Source: Thermodesulfobacteriota bacterium (GTDB lineage: Bacteria > Desulfobacterota > Thermodesulfobacteria > Thermodesulfobacteriales > Thermodesulfobacteriaceae). Taken from it: a DNA stretch of 64,000 bases. The notes beneath the pieces are model-generated. The model ran no database searches. It was not told the origin of the DNA and was given only the letters and a program-made list of their open reading frames with translations. Below, piece after piece: positions 22,393 through 32,103 of the stretch (the stretch's first letter is position 1; each line of letters begins with the position of its first letter). Made by a program: the position numbers and the translations under genes. Location: positions 8,191 to 72,190 of the forward strand of contig JAADEG010000008.1 of NCBI GenBank assembly GCA_013153525.1. Reading direction: 5' to 3'.

Positions 22393-24906
22393 TCAAATGT
22401 CTTTAAGATCCTTTTTTAAAAATTTTGGAGCAGGTTTTCCTATGTAATATCCCTGAGCGTATTCTATTCCCATCTTCTCTATAATCCTTAATATCTTCTC
22501 ACTTTCCACAAATTCAGCAATCATTTTTATCTTTAAACTTTTACAAAATGCAACCACACTTTCTATAACTGCTTTGTCTATTCTTGAATCTTTTTCAAGT
22601 CCAAGCACGAACTCCCCTTCAATTTTTACGAAATCTACTAAAAAGTGCTTAATGTATTGATAAGACGCAAAACCTGCTCCAAAGTCGTCTATACAAAACT
22701 TAAATCCATAACTTTGTAAGATTCTTATAAGCTCCTCCAAAACTCTTAAGTTTTTAACGGTTTCTCTTTCCGTAATCTCAAATATAATCTGAGAAGGAGA
22801 AATGTTGTACCTATTTACTAAATTTGCGAGGTTTTGAAAAAATTCCGGAATTATTATTACTTTTGGAGAAAGGTTAAAAAATAAGTAACCTCTAAATTTT
22901 TCTTTTTCTGCGTATTCAAGGGCTTTTTCCATTAAGATTTGATCCATTTTGTGAATAAGCCCCAGAGTCTCTGCGTGAGCTATAAACTTTGCAGCAGGAA
23001 CGATCTCCTCTTCTGTTTGAATTCTCATTAAAACTTCGTATCCAAATACTTCTTTATTCTCTACATCAAAAATTGGCTGATAATAAGGAATTATTTTGTC
23101 TTCGGCAATAGCTGATTGTACGAGAAAGTTCATCTCTGCAATTTCCTGCTGTACAGAGAGAAGATCCTCTGGAGAAGAGACTATAATAGTATTTTTTCCT
23201 TCTCTTTTTGCTTTGTAAAGTAATGTATCTGCTATCATAAAAAGCTCTTTTGCAGACTTTCCGTGATCTGGAAAAACTGCTATTCCAATAGATACCGTAA
23301 TTCTTACTTGCCTTCCGTCAGGTGCTTGAAGTGAAAATTTAGAAAAGTTATCCCTTATTCTTAAAGCAGTAGAATAAGCTTGCTCTTGATCTGCCATAGG
23401 TAATATAATTACGAATTCATCTCCTCCGTACCTCGCAATTATGTCTCCTTTTCTTACGCTTTCCCTTAAAACATTAGCAACCTCCTGTAAGTACCTGTCT
23501 CCAAAAGTGTGTCCGTAAGTATCGTTTATCAACTTAAAGTTGTCTATGTCTATTACCATAAGAGAAAACTTGTAATTGTACCTAAAAGCTCTTTCAATCT
23601 CGTATTGCATTAGTTCCCAAAAAACTCTTTGATTGTAAAGCCCTGTTAGTGGATCCCTCGTTGCGTAGTACTCAACCTCTTTCATGTGCTTGTTTATGGC
23701 TTTTACAGAACCTATTACATTTAGAAGTGATGTAAGAATTGCCTCAAGAGCGATCTCTTTTGTAGTCAAAAGTTCGTCGTAACTGTATCCAACTCCTGTA
23801 ATCCCTCCTATTCTTGGTGTGTCAAGTATTATACTCTTCGTCTTAAAGTACAATCCTTCTTCTTCGTCTATGTCGTATGTCTCCTTCTCGTAAATTACAT
23901 GATGACTAAAATTTAATACGCTTATGTCAAACCTCTTGTAAACCTCCTGTTTTATAACTTCTTCCACGAACTTTTTAAACTTTTCAGAAGGATTTTTTAT
24001 CCAAAAAACTTCTGCGTCGTAAACCTCTTTTTCTATAAAAAATAAAGTATATACCACGGAAATTTCTACTATTTCGTAAATCTCTTTTATTAAGTTTTGA
24101 ATGTAATACTTCCAGTCTCTTATAAATTCAGAAGTAAGAATGATTTTTTCAAGAAGTTTTATTTCCAGTTTTAATATCTCTTTATCCACTGCCAGGTCTT
24201 TCATCTTTTGAAAAACTTTTGCTATTTCTTCGTACAAGTAATCAATTTCCGTAATTCCAGTACGAGCCTTTTTCAAATTTCTTTCTGCTAAGATTAACTC
24301 CGTAAAAGTCCTTGCACTTTCTATGTGTTCTTTAAGTCTAAGAAGAGTTTTCGTAATCTTTCTTCCTTGAAGATATCCTATAATGTAAGTCTCAAGAAGT
24401 AAAAATATGGCAACGATTGCAAAAAACGCTATAATAACACTTCTTACGAAGTCCATTTCCTTAGAATAGTTAACATCTATTTCAAGAATTCCCAGAACAT
24501 CCCCTGGCTTTAATTTAGTGTGGCATGTTAAACACTCTTTCTTGGCTTTAAGTAAGTAAAAATATCTAAAAACATACTCTTTTCCCTTCACTATAGTTTC
24601 TTCTTTGTTCTTTAGCTCAGGAACCTCTTTTAGTACCTTTTTAATTTCTTTAACATTAAAAATTTTAACATTCATTCCCTCTTCGTGATACTTATTTAAA
24701 AGCTCTTCAATGTCTTTCCTCGTCCACCCTTTTTTAAGCCCTTCGTAAATACTGTGAAAAATAACCCGCGACTTTTCTTTTAAGTGTGAAAAGTAATGGT
24801 GTTTTAAACAACTTGAAAAGTAAAACGGAAAAATTATGGCAAAAAGCGTAATAAGCCCAAGATGGGCAATAAGTGCAGATATAAAAAGCTTTTGGCTTAA
24901 TCTCAT
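22393..24906 (-). CDS. Membrane-bound GGDEF-EAL protein with extracytoplasmic CxxCH domain
   Basis: Two TM helices flanking ECLTCH; RKGD I-site + YGGDEF; EVL, DDFGAG, AEFVE, QGY. Confidence 0.92.
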   Translation of the reverse strand: MRLSQKLFISALIAHLGLITLFAIIFPFYFSSCLKHHYFSHLKEKSRVIFHSIYEGLKKGWTRKDIEELLNKYHEEGMNVKIFNVKEIKKVLKEVPELKNKEETIVKGKEYVFRYFYLLKAKKECLTCHTKLKPGDVLGILEIDVNYSKEMDFVRSVIIAFFAIVAIFLLLETYIIGYLQGRKITKTLLRLKEHIESARTFTELILAERNLKKARTGITEIDYLYEEIAKVFQKMKDLAVDKEILKLEIKLLEKIILTSEFIRDWKYYIQNLIKEIYEIVEISVVYTLFFIEKEVYDAEVFWIKNPSEKFKKFVEEVIKQEVYKRFDISVLNFSHHVIYEKETYDIDEEEGLYFKTKSIILDTPRIGGITGVGYSYDELLTTKEIALEAILTSLLNVIGSVKAINKHMKEVEYYATRDPLTGLYNQRVFWELMQYEIERAFRYNYKFSLMVIDIDNFKLINDTYGHTFGDRYLQEVANVLRESVRKGDIIARYGGDEFVIILPMADQEQAYSTALRIRDNFSKFSLQAPDGRQVRITVSIGIAVFPDHGKSAKELFMIADTLLYKAKREGKNTIIVSSPEDLLSVQQEIAEMNFLVQSAIAEDKIIPYYQPIFDVENKEVFGYEVLMRIQTEEEIVPAAKFIAHAETLGLIHKMDQILMEKALEYAEKEKFRGYLFFNLSPKVIIIPEFFQNLANLVNRYNISPSQIIFEITERETVKNLRVLEELIRILQSYGFKFCIDDFGAGFASYQYIKHFLVDFVKIEGEFVLGLEKDSRIDKAVIESVVAFCKSLKIKMIAEFVESEKILRIIEKMGIEYAQGYYIGKPAPKFLKKDLKDI

Positions 24907-24986
24907 TCTAATATTGTAAAAATGCTACTACTTAAGTTTTAAACCTTAGTAACAGTTGGTATTATAAACTAACTTTCTAAATTTTG

Positions 24987-26288
24987 CTACAGGGATTTTT
25001 TACAAAAACTATAGATTCCCAAAATTTTTTCAACGAAAATAGCACCTGCAGAACGAACTGATAAGTGATTGTACGGATCAAGCCTTCCCCAAATAGGCTC
25101 AACGAAGTAATCACACCTGTCAAGAACCTCTTCACAAAGCCCCCAGGCAGTCCCAAGAACTAATACCACTGGTTTTTCCCAAAGAAGCTCTCTTACCATC
25201 TCACAAGAAATGTACTTTCTTTTCGGAGAGGCATCCGTACTTATTAATATTGGAGACTTACCTTCCTTAGCCTCAACAGCACTTACAGCCTCTTCAAAAG
25301 AGGTAAAAACCTCTATAAGTTCTATAGCCTCTTTACGCAGTGGATTGTAAATTGCTCCTTTACCTTTCGTCCAGTAGTGTTTTAAGTTTAAAATAAGCTC
25401 TCTTTGATCCTCAAGAGGTTGAATTATATAGACTCCAGCAAGGTCGTAAGTTCTGGCAAGTCTTGCAAGGTCGTGCAAGTCAAAATTTGCAGTAGCAGAA
25501 GCAATAACATCTCTATTTTTATTATAAACTGGATAGTGCAACAAAAATAAGTAAAACCTCTGCTTTTCTAAAACCTCTCTTAGGTACTTCTTTTCTTCTT
25601 CGTTAAGATTAGCCTCTTTAAGTAACTCTGGTCTTCTTTTTACGGTTAACTCTATGGATTCCTTTTTCCTAAAACTATCTATTCTCTTGTGATCCCCGCT
25701 CGTTAAAACTTCTGGTACTTTATATCCCAGAAAATTTCTCGGTCTCGTGTAACAGGAGTGCTTTAAAAGCCCACAAGTAAAAGACTCTTTTTCTACGGAG
25801 TCCTTAGTCCCCACGACTCCTGGAACGAGTCTTGCCAGTGTCTCAAGAATAACGAGGCTTGCAACCTCACCTCCAAAAACTACATAGTCTCCAATAGATA
25901 TCTCTTCGTCTATAAAATAATCTACAATCCTTTGATCAATACCCTCGTACCTTCCACAAATAAAAAGTAAAGACTCCTTTTTAGCTAACTCCTCTGCAAG
26001 TTTTTGATTAAACAATTTACCTTTTGGAGAAAGGTAAACTACGCAGGTATCAGGATTTTTGCTTTTTACATCAAGTATTGCTCTGTAAATGGGTTCTGGT
26101 TTAAAGACCATTCCTTCTCCACCACCAAAAGGCTCGTCGTCTATCACTCTATGTTTGTCCAAGGTGTAATCCCTTAGGTTTAAAATGTTTACCTTGATAA
26201 GTTCTTTTTCTATTGCCTTTCCAAGAAGCCCAACTTTCAAAGGGCTTTCAAAGTATTCTGGAAAAATCGTTAGGATGTGTATTTTCAT
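24987..26288 (-). CDS. trmD: tRNA (guanine-N1)-methyltransferase TrmD fused to C-terminal SPOUT (DUF2168-type) domain
   Basis: PFGGGEGMV, LSPKG, CGRYEGIDQR, SIGDYV; then LLHYPV...DLHDLARLARTY...GTAWGL...YNHLSVRSA. Confidence 0.93.
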   Translation of the reverse strand: MKIHILTIFPEYFESPLKVGLLGKAIEKELIKVNILNLRDYTLDKHRVIDDEPFGGGEGMVFKPEPIYRAILDVKSKNPDTCVVYLSPKGKLFNQKLAEELAKKESLLFICGRYEGIDQRIVDYFIDEEISIGDYVVFGGEVASLVILETLARLVPGVVGTKDSVEKESFTCGLLKHSCYTRPRNFLGYKVPEVLTSGDHKRIDSFRKKESIELTVKRRPELLKEANLNEEEKKYLREVLEKQRFYLFLLHYPVYNKNRDVIASATANFDLHDLARLARTYDLAGVYIIQPLEDQRELILNLKHYWTKGKGAIYNPLRKEAIELIEVFTSFEEAVSAVEAKEGKSPILISTDASPKRKYISCEMVRELLWEKPVVLVLGTAWGLCEEVLDRCDYFVEPIWGRLDPYNHLSVRSAGAIFVEKILGIYSFCKKSL

Positions 26289-26797
26289 CTCTGTGCCTCA
26301 ACCAAGGCAGAAATGTCCTTTACGAGAACGCGTTTTTCTTTAGTGTCTATTTCCGAAACATAATCCTCAACCAAAGGTATGTAAAATTCTCTTTTGTCTT
26401 TATCTTCTACTAAAAGCAAATCGTATTCTCCAACAGGCATAATTCCTTTTACCTTACCCCAGTTTTTTCCAGAGGGGTCAATTACTTCTGCTCCTATTAC
26501 TTCGTGAAAGTAATACTCTTCTTCTGACAGAGCTGGCAGATCGTTTAGATCCATGTAAAGGGTTGAATTAACCAGATTTTCTGCCTCTTCAAAGTTAACC
26601 CCTTTAAACTTAACGAGAAGAATACCTATACCAGGACCTTGCCGAATGTTTTCTACTTCAAGAAAAGACTTTTTATCCTTAGACAGGTAAAACTTTTTTA
26701 CTTCAAAAAAAACTTCTAAGGAAAAAACATAGGGAGCAAACTTAAGCTCCCCTTTAAGCCCGTGGGTAGCAACAAGTTTGCCTACTGCAACAAGCAC
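26285..26797 (-). CDS. rimM: 16S rRNA processing protein RimM
   Basis: GKLVATHGLKGELK, EYYFHEVIG, IPLV; position in rpsP-KH-rimM-trmD operon. Confidence 0.93.
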   Translation of the reverse strand: MLVAVGKLVATHGLKGELKFAPYVFSLEVFFEVKKFYLSKDKKSFLEVENIRQGPGIGILLVKFKGVNFEEAENLVNSTLYMDLNDLPALSEEEYYFHEVIGAEVIDPSGKNWGKVKGIMPVGEYDLLLVEDKDKREFYIPLVEDYVSEIDTKEKRVLVKDISALVEAQR

Positions 26798-27036
26798 TAT
26801 TCAATTATTTCAAGAACTACTCTTTTACGAAGCTTGCTTCCTGCAGCTCCTAAAATAGTTCTAATTGCCTTTGCTGTTCTTCCTTCTTTTCCTATAATTT
26901 TTCCAAGGTCTTCTTTTGCTACTTTTAATTCAATAACAGAGGTTTGTTCCCCTTCTATTTCGTTAATTTGAACAGCATCAGGATTATCAACGAGGACTTT
27001 AGCAATGTGCTCTACCAGATCCTTAAGCTTGCTCAT
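26797..27036 (-). CDS. khpA: KH-domain RNA-binding protein (KhpA/YlqC)
   Basis: [24 protein letters not shown]. Confidence 0.93.
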   Translation of the reverse strand: MSKLKDLVEHIAKVLVDNPDAVQINEIEGEQTSVIELKVAKEDLGKIIGKEGRTAKAIRTILGAAGSKLRKRVVLEIIE

Positions 27037-27060
27037 CTCTACCCCCTTTAAAGAGTCGTT

Positions 27061-27318
27061 TTAAGCCTTCCTGTTAACTTTTATTCCTATTTTCCTTAGC
27101 AAGGCTCTAACCGTCTCCGTAGGCTCCGCCCCCCTTTCAAGCCACTTCTTAACTTTATCAACATCTACTTTAAATTCGTAAGGTTCTTTTAATGGGTCGT
27201 AATACCCCAAAATTTCCAAAAACTTACCGTCTCTTGGAGCACGAGAATCTGCTGCAACCACCCTGTAAAAAGGTCTCTTCCTCCTACCAAACCTCATAAG
27301 TCTTATTCTAACTGGCAC
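27061..27318 (-). CDS. rpsP: 30S ribosomal protein S16
   Basis: [30 protein letters not shown]. Confidence 0.98.
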   Translation of the reverse strand: MPVRIRLMRFGRRKRPFYRVVAADSRAPRDGKFLEILGYYDPLKEPYEFKVDVDKVKKWLERGAEPTETVRALLRKIGIKVNRKA

Positions 27319-27356
27319 TTCAACCTCCCTCCTTGTAAAGATTTTACGGCTTTACT

Positions 27357-27384
27357 ATTTTACCACCTCTTCTCTTTTTGACAA
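27357..27384 (-). promoter_or_regulatory. Putative sigma-70 promoter of rpsP operon
   Basis: Minus strand TTGTCA-16 nt-TAAAAT with TG extension. Confidence 0.55.
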
Positions 27385-27410
27385 TAAAAAATATTGAAAA
27401 AAATTCTAAA

Positions 27411-28748
27411 TTACATGCCTAAGAACCTTCTTAAAAAGCTCTGCATCCTACCAGGTTTACGCATGTGTTTTAAGAGTTTCTTCATCTCTTCGTAACTTTT
27501 TAAAAGCTTGTTAACATCCTGAACCGTGGTTCCACTTCCCCTTGCTATTCTTCTCTTGCGACTTGCATTTATTATCTTTGGATTTCTCCTTTCTTCTTTC
27601 GTCATAGAATTTATGATTGCTTCCATCTTTATTAGTTCTTTTTCGTCAAAGTCAAGCTCTCCAAGCTTTCTTCCTATACCAGGCAAAAACTCAAGAATCT
27701 CCTTTACTGTTCCGAGTTTTCTCATCTGTCTTAGCTGTTCTCTCAAATCCTCAAGGTCAAATTGAAGCTTTTTAATTTTCTTCTCAAGCTCTTTTGCCTT
27801 TTTAAGGTCAAATGCCTCTTGAGCCTTTTCTATAAGAGTTAAAATGTCACCCATTCCGAGTATTCTGCCCGCGAGTCTCTCAGGATAAAATACCTCAAGA
27901 GCTTCTACCTTTTCTCCTACACCGAGAAACTTTATAGGACATCCAGTAATTTCTTTTATGGAAAGTGCAGCTCCTCCTCTTGCGTCTCCTTCAACCTTGG
28001 TAAGAACTATCCCAGTAACCCCTACCCTTTCGTTAAATGTCTTTGCAACATTAACTGCGTCCTGACCCATCATTGCGTCTGCAACCAGCAATACCTCAGA
28101 GGGATTAAAAGTCTGCTTTAGCTCAACGAGCTCCTCCATCAAAGCCTCGTCTATGTGCAGACGCCCAGCCGTGTCAATTATCACGATGTCCCTTCCCATG
28201 TCCTTTGCCATTTCAATAGCCTTTGAAACGATCTCAACCGGCTTTTGAGACGGATCAGCTTCGTAAAAAGGAACTCCTATTTTTTCAGCAAGAACCTTTA
28301 ATTGTTTTATAGCTGCTGGTCTGTAAATGTCTGCAGAAACGAGCAAAGGATTGTAGCCTTTTTTCTTTAAAAACAAGGCAAGCTTTGCTGCTGTGGTCGT
28401 TTTTCCAGAACCCTGAAGTCCTGCGAGTAAAATCTTAGCAGGTCTCTGTCCACCAAGGTCAAGACCTTTAGCCTCTCCTCCAAGGGTCTTTACGAGCTCT
28501 TCATATACTATTTTAACGAGCTGTTGAAATGGGGTTAAACTCTCTATTACCTCTGAAGATAAAGCCCTTTCTTCAACCCTTTTAATGAAGTTTTTAACGA
28601 CTTTGTAGTTAACATCTGCCTCAAGAAGAGCAAGTTTTATTTCTCTTAAACCCTTTTTTATGTCGTCTTCACTAAGTTTTCCTTTATCTTTAAACTTCTC
28701 TAACGCATTTTCAAGCCTTTCACTAAGCCCTTCAAACATAACACCCAC
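27411..28748 (-). CDS. ffh: Signal recognition particle protein Ffh
   Basis: ALLEADVN, GLQGSGKTT, DTAGR, RGGAALS, SRKRRIARGSG. Confidence 0.98.
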   Translation of the reverse strand: MGVMFEGLSERLENALEKFKDKGKLSEDDIKKGLREIKLALLEADVNYKVVKNFIKRVEERALSSEVIESLTPFQQLVKIVYEELVKTLGGEAKGLDLGGQRPAKILLAGLQGSGKTTTAAKLALFLKKKGYNPLLVSADIYRPAAIKQLKVLAEKIGVPFYEADPSQKPVEIVSKAIEMAKDMGRDIVIIDTAGRLHIDEALMEELVELKQTFNPSEVLLVADAMMGQDAVNVAKTFNERVGVTGIVLTKVEGDARGGAALSIKEITGCPIKFLGVGEKVEALEVFYPERLAGRILGMGDILTLIEKAQEAFDLKKAKELEKKIKKLQFDLEDLREQLRQMRKLGTVKEILEFLPGIGRKLGELDFDEKELIKMEAIINSMTKEERRNPKIINASRKRRIARGSGTTVQDVNKLLKSYEEMKKLLKHMRKPGRMQSFLRRFLGM

Positions 28749-28844
28749 CCAGAGTTTTTTCTAAAAATTAGCATACTTTTTAGAGTTTTACAAGTTTAAA
28801 AAGGGATTAAAATTTTAATTATAACTCTATAAAAAGTAAAATTA

Positions 28845-28873
28845 TTGACTTTTGTTAAGAGGTATTTTAAAAT
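28845..28873 (+). promoter_or_regulatory. Putative sigma-70 promoter
   Basis: TTGACT-17 nt-TAAAAT; ATG 28881 follows 7 nt later with no SD (possibly leaderless). Confidence 0.5.
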
Positions 28874-28880
28874 TTAAATA

Positions 28881-31800
28881 ATGAAATTAAAATTAGGCGT
28901 TTGTGCCTGCCAAAAAGATAAAGAACCTGCTTGGATTCTTTTAAAAGACTACCTTCAAGACAGACTCAATGTGCCAATTGATCTCGTTTTCGTAGAGGCT
29001 CAGGAACAAGAACTGAAATCTTTTAAAGACATAGACTTTGATATCTTTTACGCTCCGTTTCCCAAGGGTATTTACATGTTCTTTAACAAAAATTTTCTTC
29101 CTTTGTTCAGGTTTGAACATCCTAAGGAATCTCAATACTTTTTGGTATCCACTTCTCCTTTGGACTCAATTAAAAACAAAAAAATTATAAAACTGGGAAT
29201 TCACTCCCATCCGTCCTATTACGGAATGATAATTCCTCTAAAACTTCAATTTGACCTGGATTTTAATTCTTTAAGAATTTTCACCTCGGACTCCTTTAAA
29301 GAACTACTGAACAAATTAAAACAAGGAGACGCAGACTTAGTTATAGTTTTGGAAGACGCTATTAAAAATTCAGAAGAAACTTTTTACAAAACTCCTATAG
29401 TAGCACGAAGAAGATATTACTTCATGCTTTCTCAAAAATTAATAAACGAACTTCCTGAAGTAAAGAACGCGTTTTTGTCTCTACCAGACGAGATTGTTCA
29501 AAGTTTTGGAGCAAAAAGAATAATAGAGGTCTCTTTGTGGGAAAGAATTAGTATTTTTACTTTTACTTGTTTAAGTAGGTACATTTTTAACTTTTGGGAA
29601 AAAGGAGTCATAGGAGACTCACTTTTAAAGTCTCCTTACTTTGGTGTAGGTATTTATCAAGAAAAGTTTGCGTGTGCAAACGAGGTTTTGTGTAAGCTTC
29701 TTGGTTACGAAAAGGAAGAACTCTTAAAGCTTTCTCCTGAAGACATTTTTTATCACAAAGACTTTAAGTTAAAGTTTAAAGAAGACATTCAAAAGAGCTT
29801 AAAAGGAGAATTATTTATAAAAGATTACAAAAATGTCGTTCTTAAAGGTAAAAATAATAAAAAGATTTACGCCTATTTGTACTCTACATCAGTAATCTAC
29901 AATGGTAAGTTTTCAGGGCTTATATTGATAATTGACATAACCTCAGAAAAAAGAATTGAGCAATTGTACAAAGTATTAAAAGAAATAAACCAAATTTTAA
30001 TTTTTTCTACTTCTGAAGAAGAAGTTTATAGAAAAATTTTACCACCCCTTGTAGAAGAATTAGAACTAAAAGGTGCTTGGATAGGTAAGGTTCTTTACGA
30101 TAAAAAAAGACTAAAGTTAACGCATTATTATCCACCTGAACTCTTTTCTAACTTAGAAACTTTGTTAAAAAGAGAGGCAGAAATATTAAGTTTTAAAAAC
30201 GAAAACCTTCCGTGTATAGAAGCTGTTAGAACTAAAGAAATAAAAGTAGTAGAAGACATTTTAGAATATCCTTATCTTCCAGAGGACTTTAAACGAAAAG
30301 CCTACGAAGCAGGAATTCGGTCTTTGTGCGTGATTCCTATCCTTAAGGAAAACAAAGTAGAAACTATTATATCCTTGTGGAGCGAGTCTCCTTCTTTCTT
30401 TTTTGAAGGATACACGGATGTTCTTGAAGAATTACAAAGAGACCTTTCTTTTGCTCTTAAAAAAATAGAGCTCGTTCAAAACGACTTAATAATTACTAAC
30501 TTCGTTAGAAAAACCAAGGAAGTACTCATCGTAGCAGACCCTGACGGTACGATCCAGTACATAAATCCCTACGGGATAGCTTTGTTTGAGATAGACAAAG
30601 ACTGGAAAACCCTCAATTGTTACGATCTTTTAAACATTCCAAAAAGTACTTTAAAGTTACTAAAAGAGTCTGGACAAGAAATAAAACGAGTTTGTTTGTT
30701 TACTTCGGAAAAAAAACAAATACCTCTTGAAGTAAGAATCACTTATCTTTCACTCCCAGGAGGAGTAGAAAAACTCATAATATGGGCAAAAGACTTTTAC
30801 AAAGAGTTACTATTTGAACAAGAAAAAGAAAGACTTGAAAAGTACGACTCCCTTACCGGACTTTTAAATTATCAAGGATTTTCTCAAAAAACAAAAGAAT
30901 TGTTAAAAGTTCAAAACAAACCAGGGGCTCTGATTTTAATTGACATTTACAACTTCTCCTACATTAATCACTTTTATGGAATAGAAATAGGAGATAAGTG
31001 TTTGCAAGAAATAGCAGAAAGATTAAAAAAACTTTGTGAAAAAAAAGGGATAGTTGGAAGACCTGAAGGTGATACCTTTAGTATGTATGTAATAAACATT
31101 ACTAAAGAAAACATCAAAGCTTTTTTAGAAGACTTGAGAAAAATTCTGTTTTATCCTTTAAGAATAAACGAAAAGAAAATATTAGTTGATTTTAAGGGAA
31201 GCGTGGTTTTGTTTCCAGACCACGGTAAAGAATTTGAGGAGCTTTGGAAAAAAGCAAACATTCTTCTTGCAGAAATTCGCAAAAAAGGACTTAATACTAT
31301 AGAAATATATCATCCTTCAGCAGAAAAAGAGGCTGAAAGAACCTTTCAAGTTGACTTATTAATCAGAAAAGCACTTAATGAAGAACTCTTCGTGTTTTAT
31401 TATCAGCCTTATGTAGAGGCTAAAACGCTGAAAATCGTAGGATGTGAAGCACTCGTTAGGATACTTGAGCACGATAAAATAATACCACCCCTTGAATTTA
31501 TAGAACACCTTGAAAACAGCCCGTACCTAAAAGAGTTTGAAGATATTACTTTCTATCAAAACTTAAAAAACATCTTGGAGTGGAAAGTTCCTATATCTAT
31601 TAACATATCTCCAAAAACCTTTGAATCTTCTCAAATTTTTGACATGATTTCAAAGTACGAAGACTATCTTAACCGACTTCCAGCTTACTTAATTATAGAA
31701 ATAACAGAAAGAAGCCTTGCTAAAAATGTTGAAAGGTTTAGAAAAGTACTTAAACTTTTAAAGTTCTACAGAATTAAAGTCGCTCTTGACGACTTTGGAA

Positions 31801-32102
31801 CTGGTTACTCTGCTTTAAACTACCTTAAGGACTTCCCAATAGACATAGTTAAAATAGACAAAAGTTTTATAGACCTTCTACTTGAAGACGAAAAAACTTG
31901 TTATATAACTACTACTATTATAAACCTTGCTAAAAAATTAGGGATCAAAACCCTTGCCGAAGGGGTTGAACAGGAAGACCAAGTGATACAATTAAGAAAG
32001 CTCGGAATTGATTATATGCAAGGATTTTACTTTGCTCCACCTTTACCAAAAGATAAGTTTAAAGAAATGCTTAAAAACCAACCATTCGTAGGAAGAATTT
32101 AA
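28881..32102 (+). CDS. Multi-sensor EAL phosphodiesterase (PBP-like, PAS, GAF, PAS, degenerate GGDEF, EAL)
   Basis: DSLTGLLN, degenerate PEGDTF, EAL, DDFGTGYS, KIDKSF, AEGVE, QGF. Confidence 0.9.
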   Translation: MKLKLGVCACQKDKEPAWILLKDYLQDRLNVPIDLVFVEAQEQELKSFKDIDFDIFYAPFPKGIYMFFNKNFLPLFRFEHPKESQYFLVSTSPLDSIKNKKIIKLGIHSHPSYYGMIIPLKLQFDLDFNSLRIFTSDSFKELLNKLKQGDADLVIVLEDAIKNSEETFYKTPIVARRRYYFMLSQKLINELPEVKNAFLSLPDEIVQSFGAKRIIEVSLWERISIFTFTCLSRYIFNFWEKGVIGDSLLKSPYFGVGIYQEKFACANEVLCKLLGYEKEELLKLSPEDIFYHKDFKLKFKEDIQKSLKGELFIKDYKNVVLKGKNNKKIYAYLYSTSVIYNGKFSGLILIIDITSEKRIEQLYKVLKEINQILIFSTSEEEVYRKILPPLVEELELKGAWIGKVLYDKKRLKLTHYYPPELFSNLETLLKREAEILSFKNENLPCIEAVRTKEIKVVEDILEYPYLPEDFKRKAYEAGIRSLCVIPILKENKVETIISLWSESPSFFFEGYTDVLEELQRDLSFALKKIELVQNDLIITNFVRKTKEVLIVADPDGTIQYINPYGIALFEIDKDWKTLNCYDLLNIPKSTLKLLKESGQEIKRVCLFTSEKKQIPLEVRITYLSLPGGVEKLIIWAKDFYKELLFEQEKERLEKYDSLTGLLNYQGFSQKTKELLKVQNKPGALILIDIYNFSYINHFYGIEIGDKCLQEIAERLKKLCEKKGIVGRPEGDTFSMYVINITKENIKAFLEDLRKILFYPLRINEKKILVDFKGSVVLFPDHGKEFEELWKKANILLAEIRKKGLNTIEIYHPSAEKEAERTFQVDLLIRKALNEELFVFYYQPYVEAKTLKIVGCEALVRILEHDKIIPPLEFIEHLENSPYLKEFEDITFYQNLKNILEWKVPISINISPKTFESSQIFDMISKYEDYLNRLPAYLIIEITERSLAKNVERFRKVLKLLKFYRIKVALDDFGTGYSALNYLKDFPIDIVKIDKSFIDLLLEDEKTCYITTTIINLAKKLGIKTLAEGVEQEDQVIQLRKLGIDYMQGFYFAPPLPKDKFKEMLKNQPFVGRI

Positions 32103-32103
32103 A

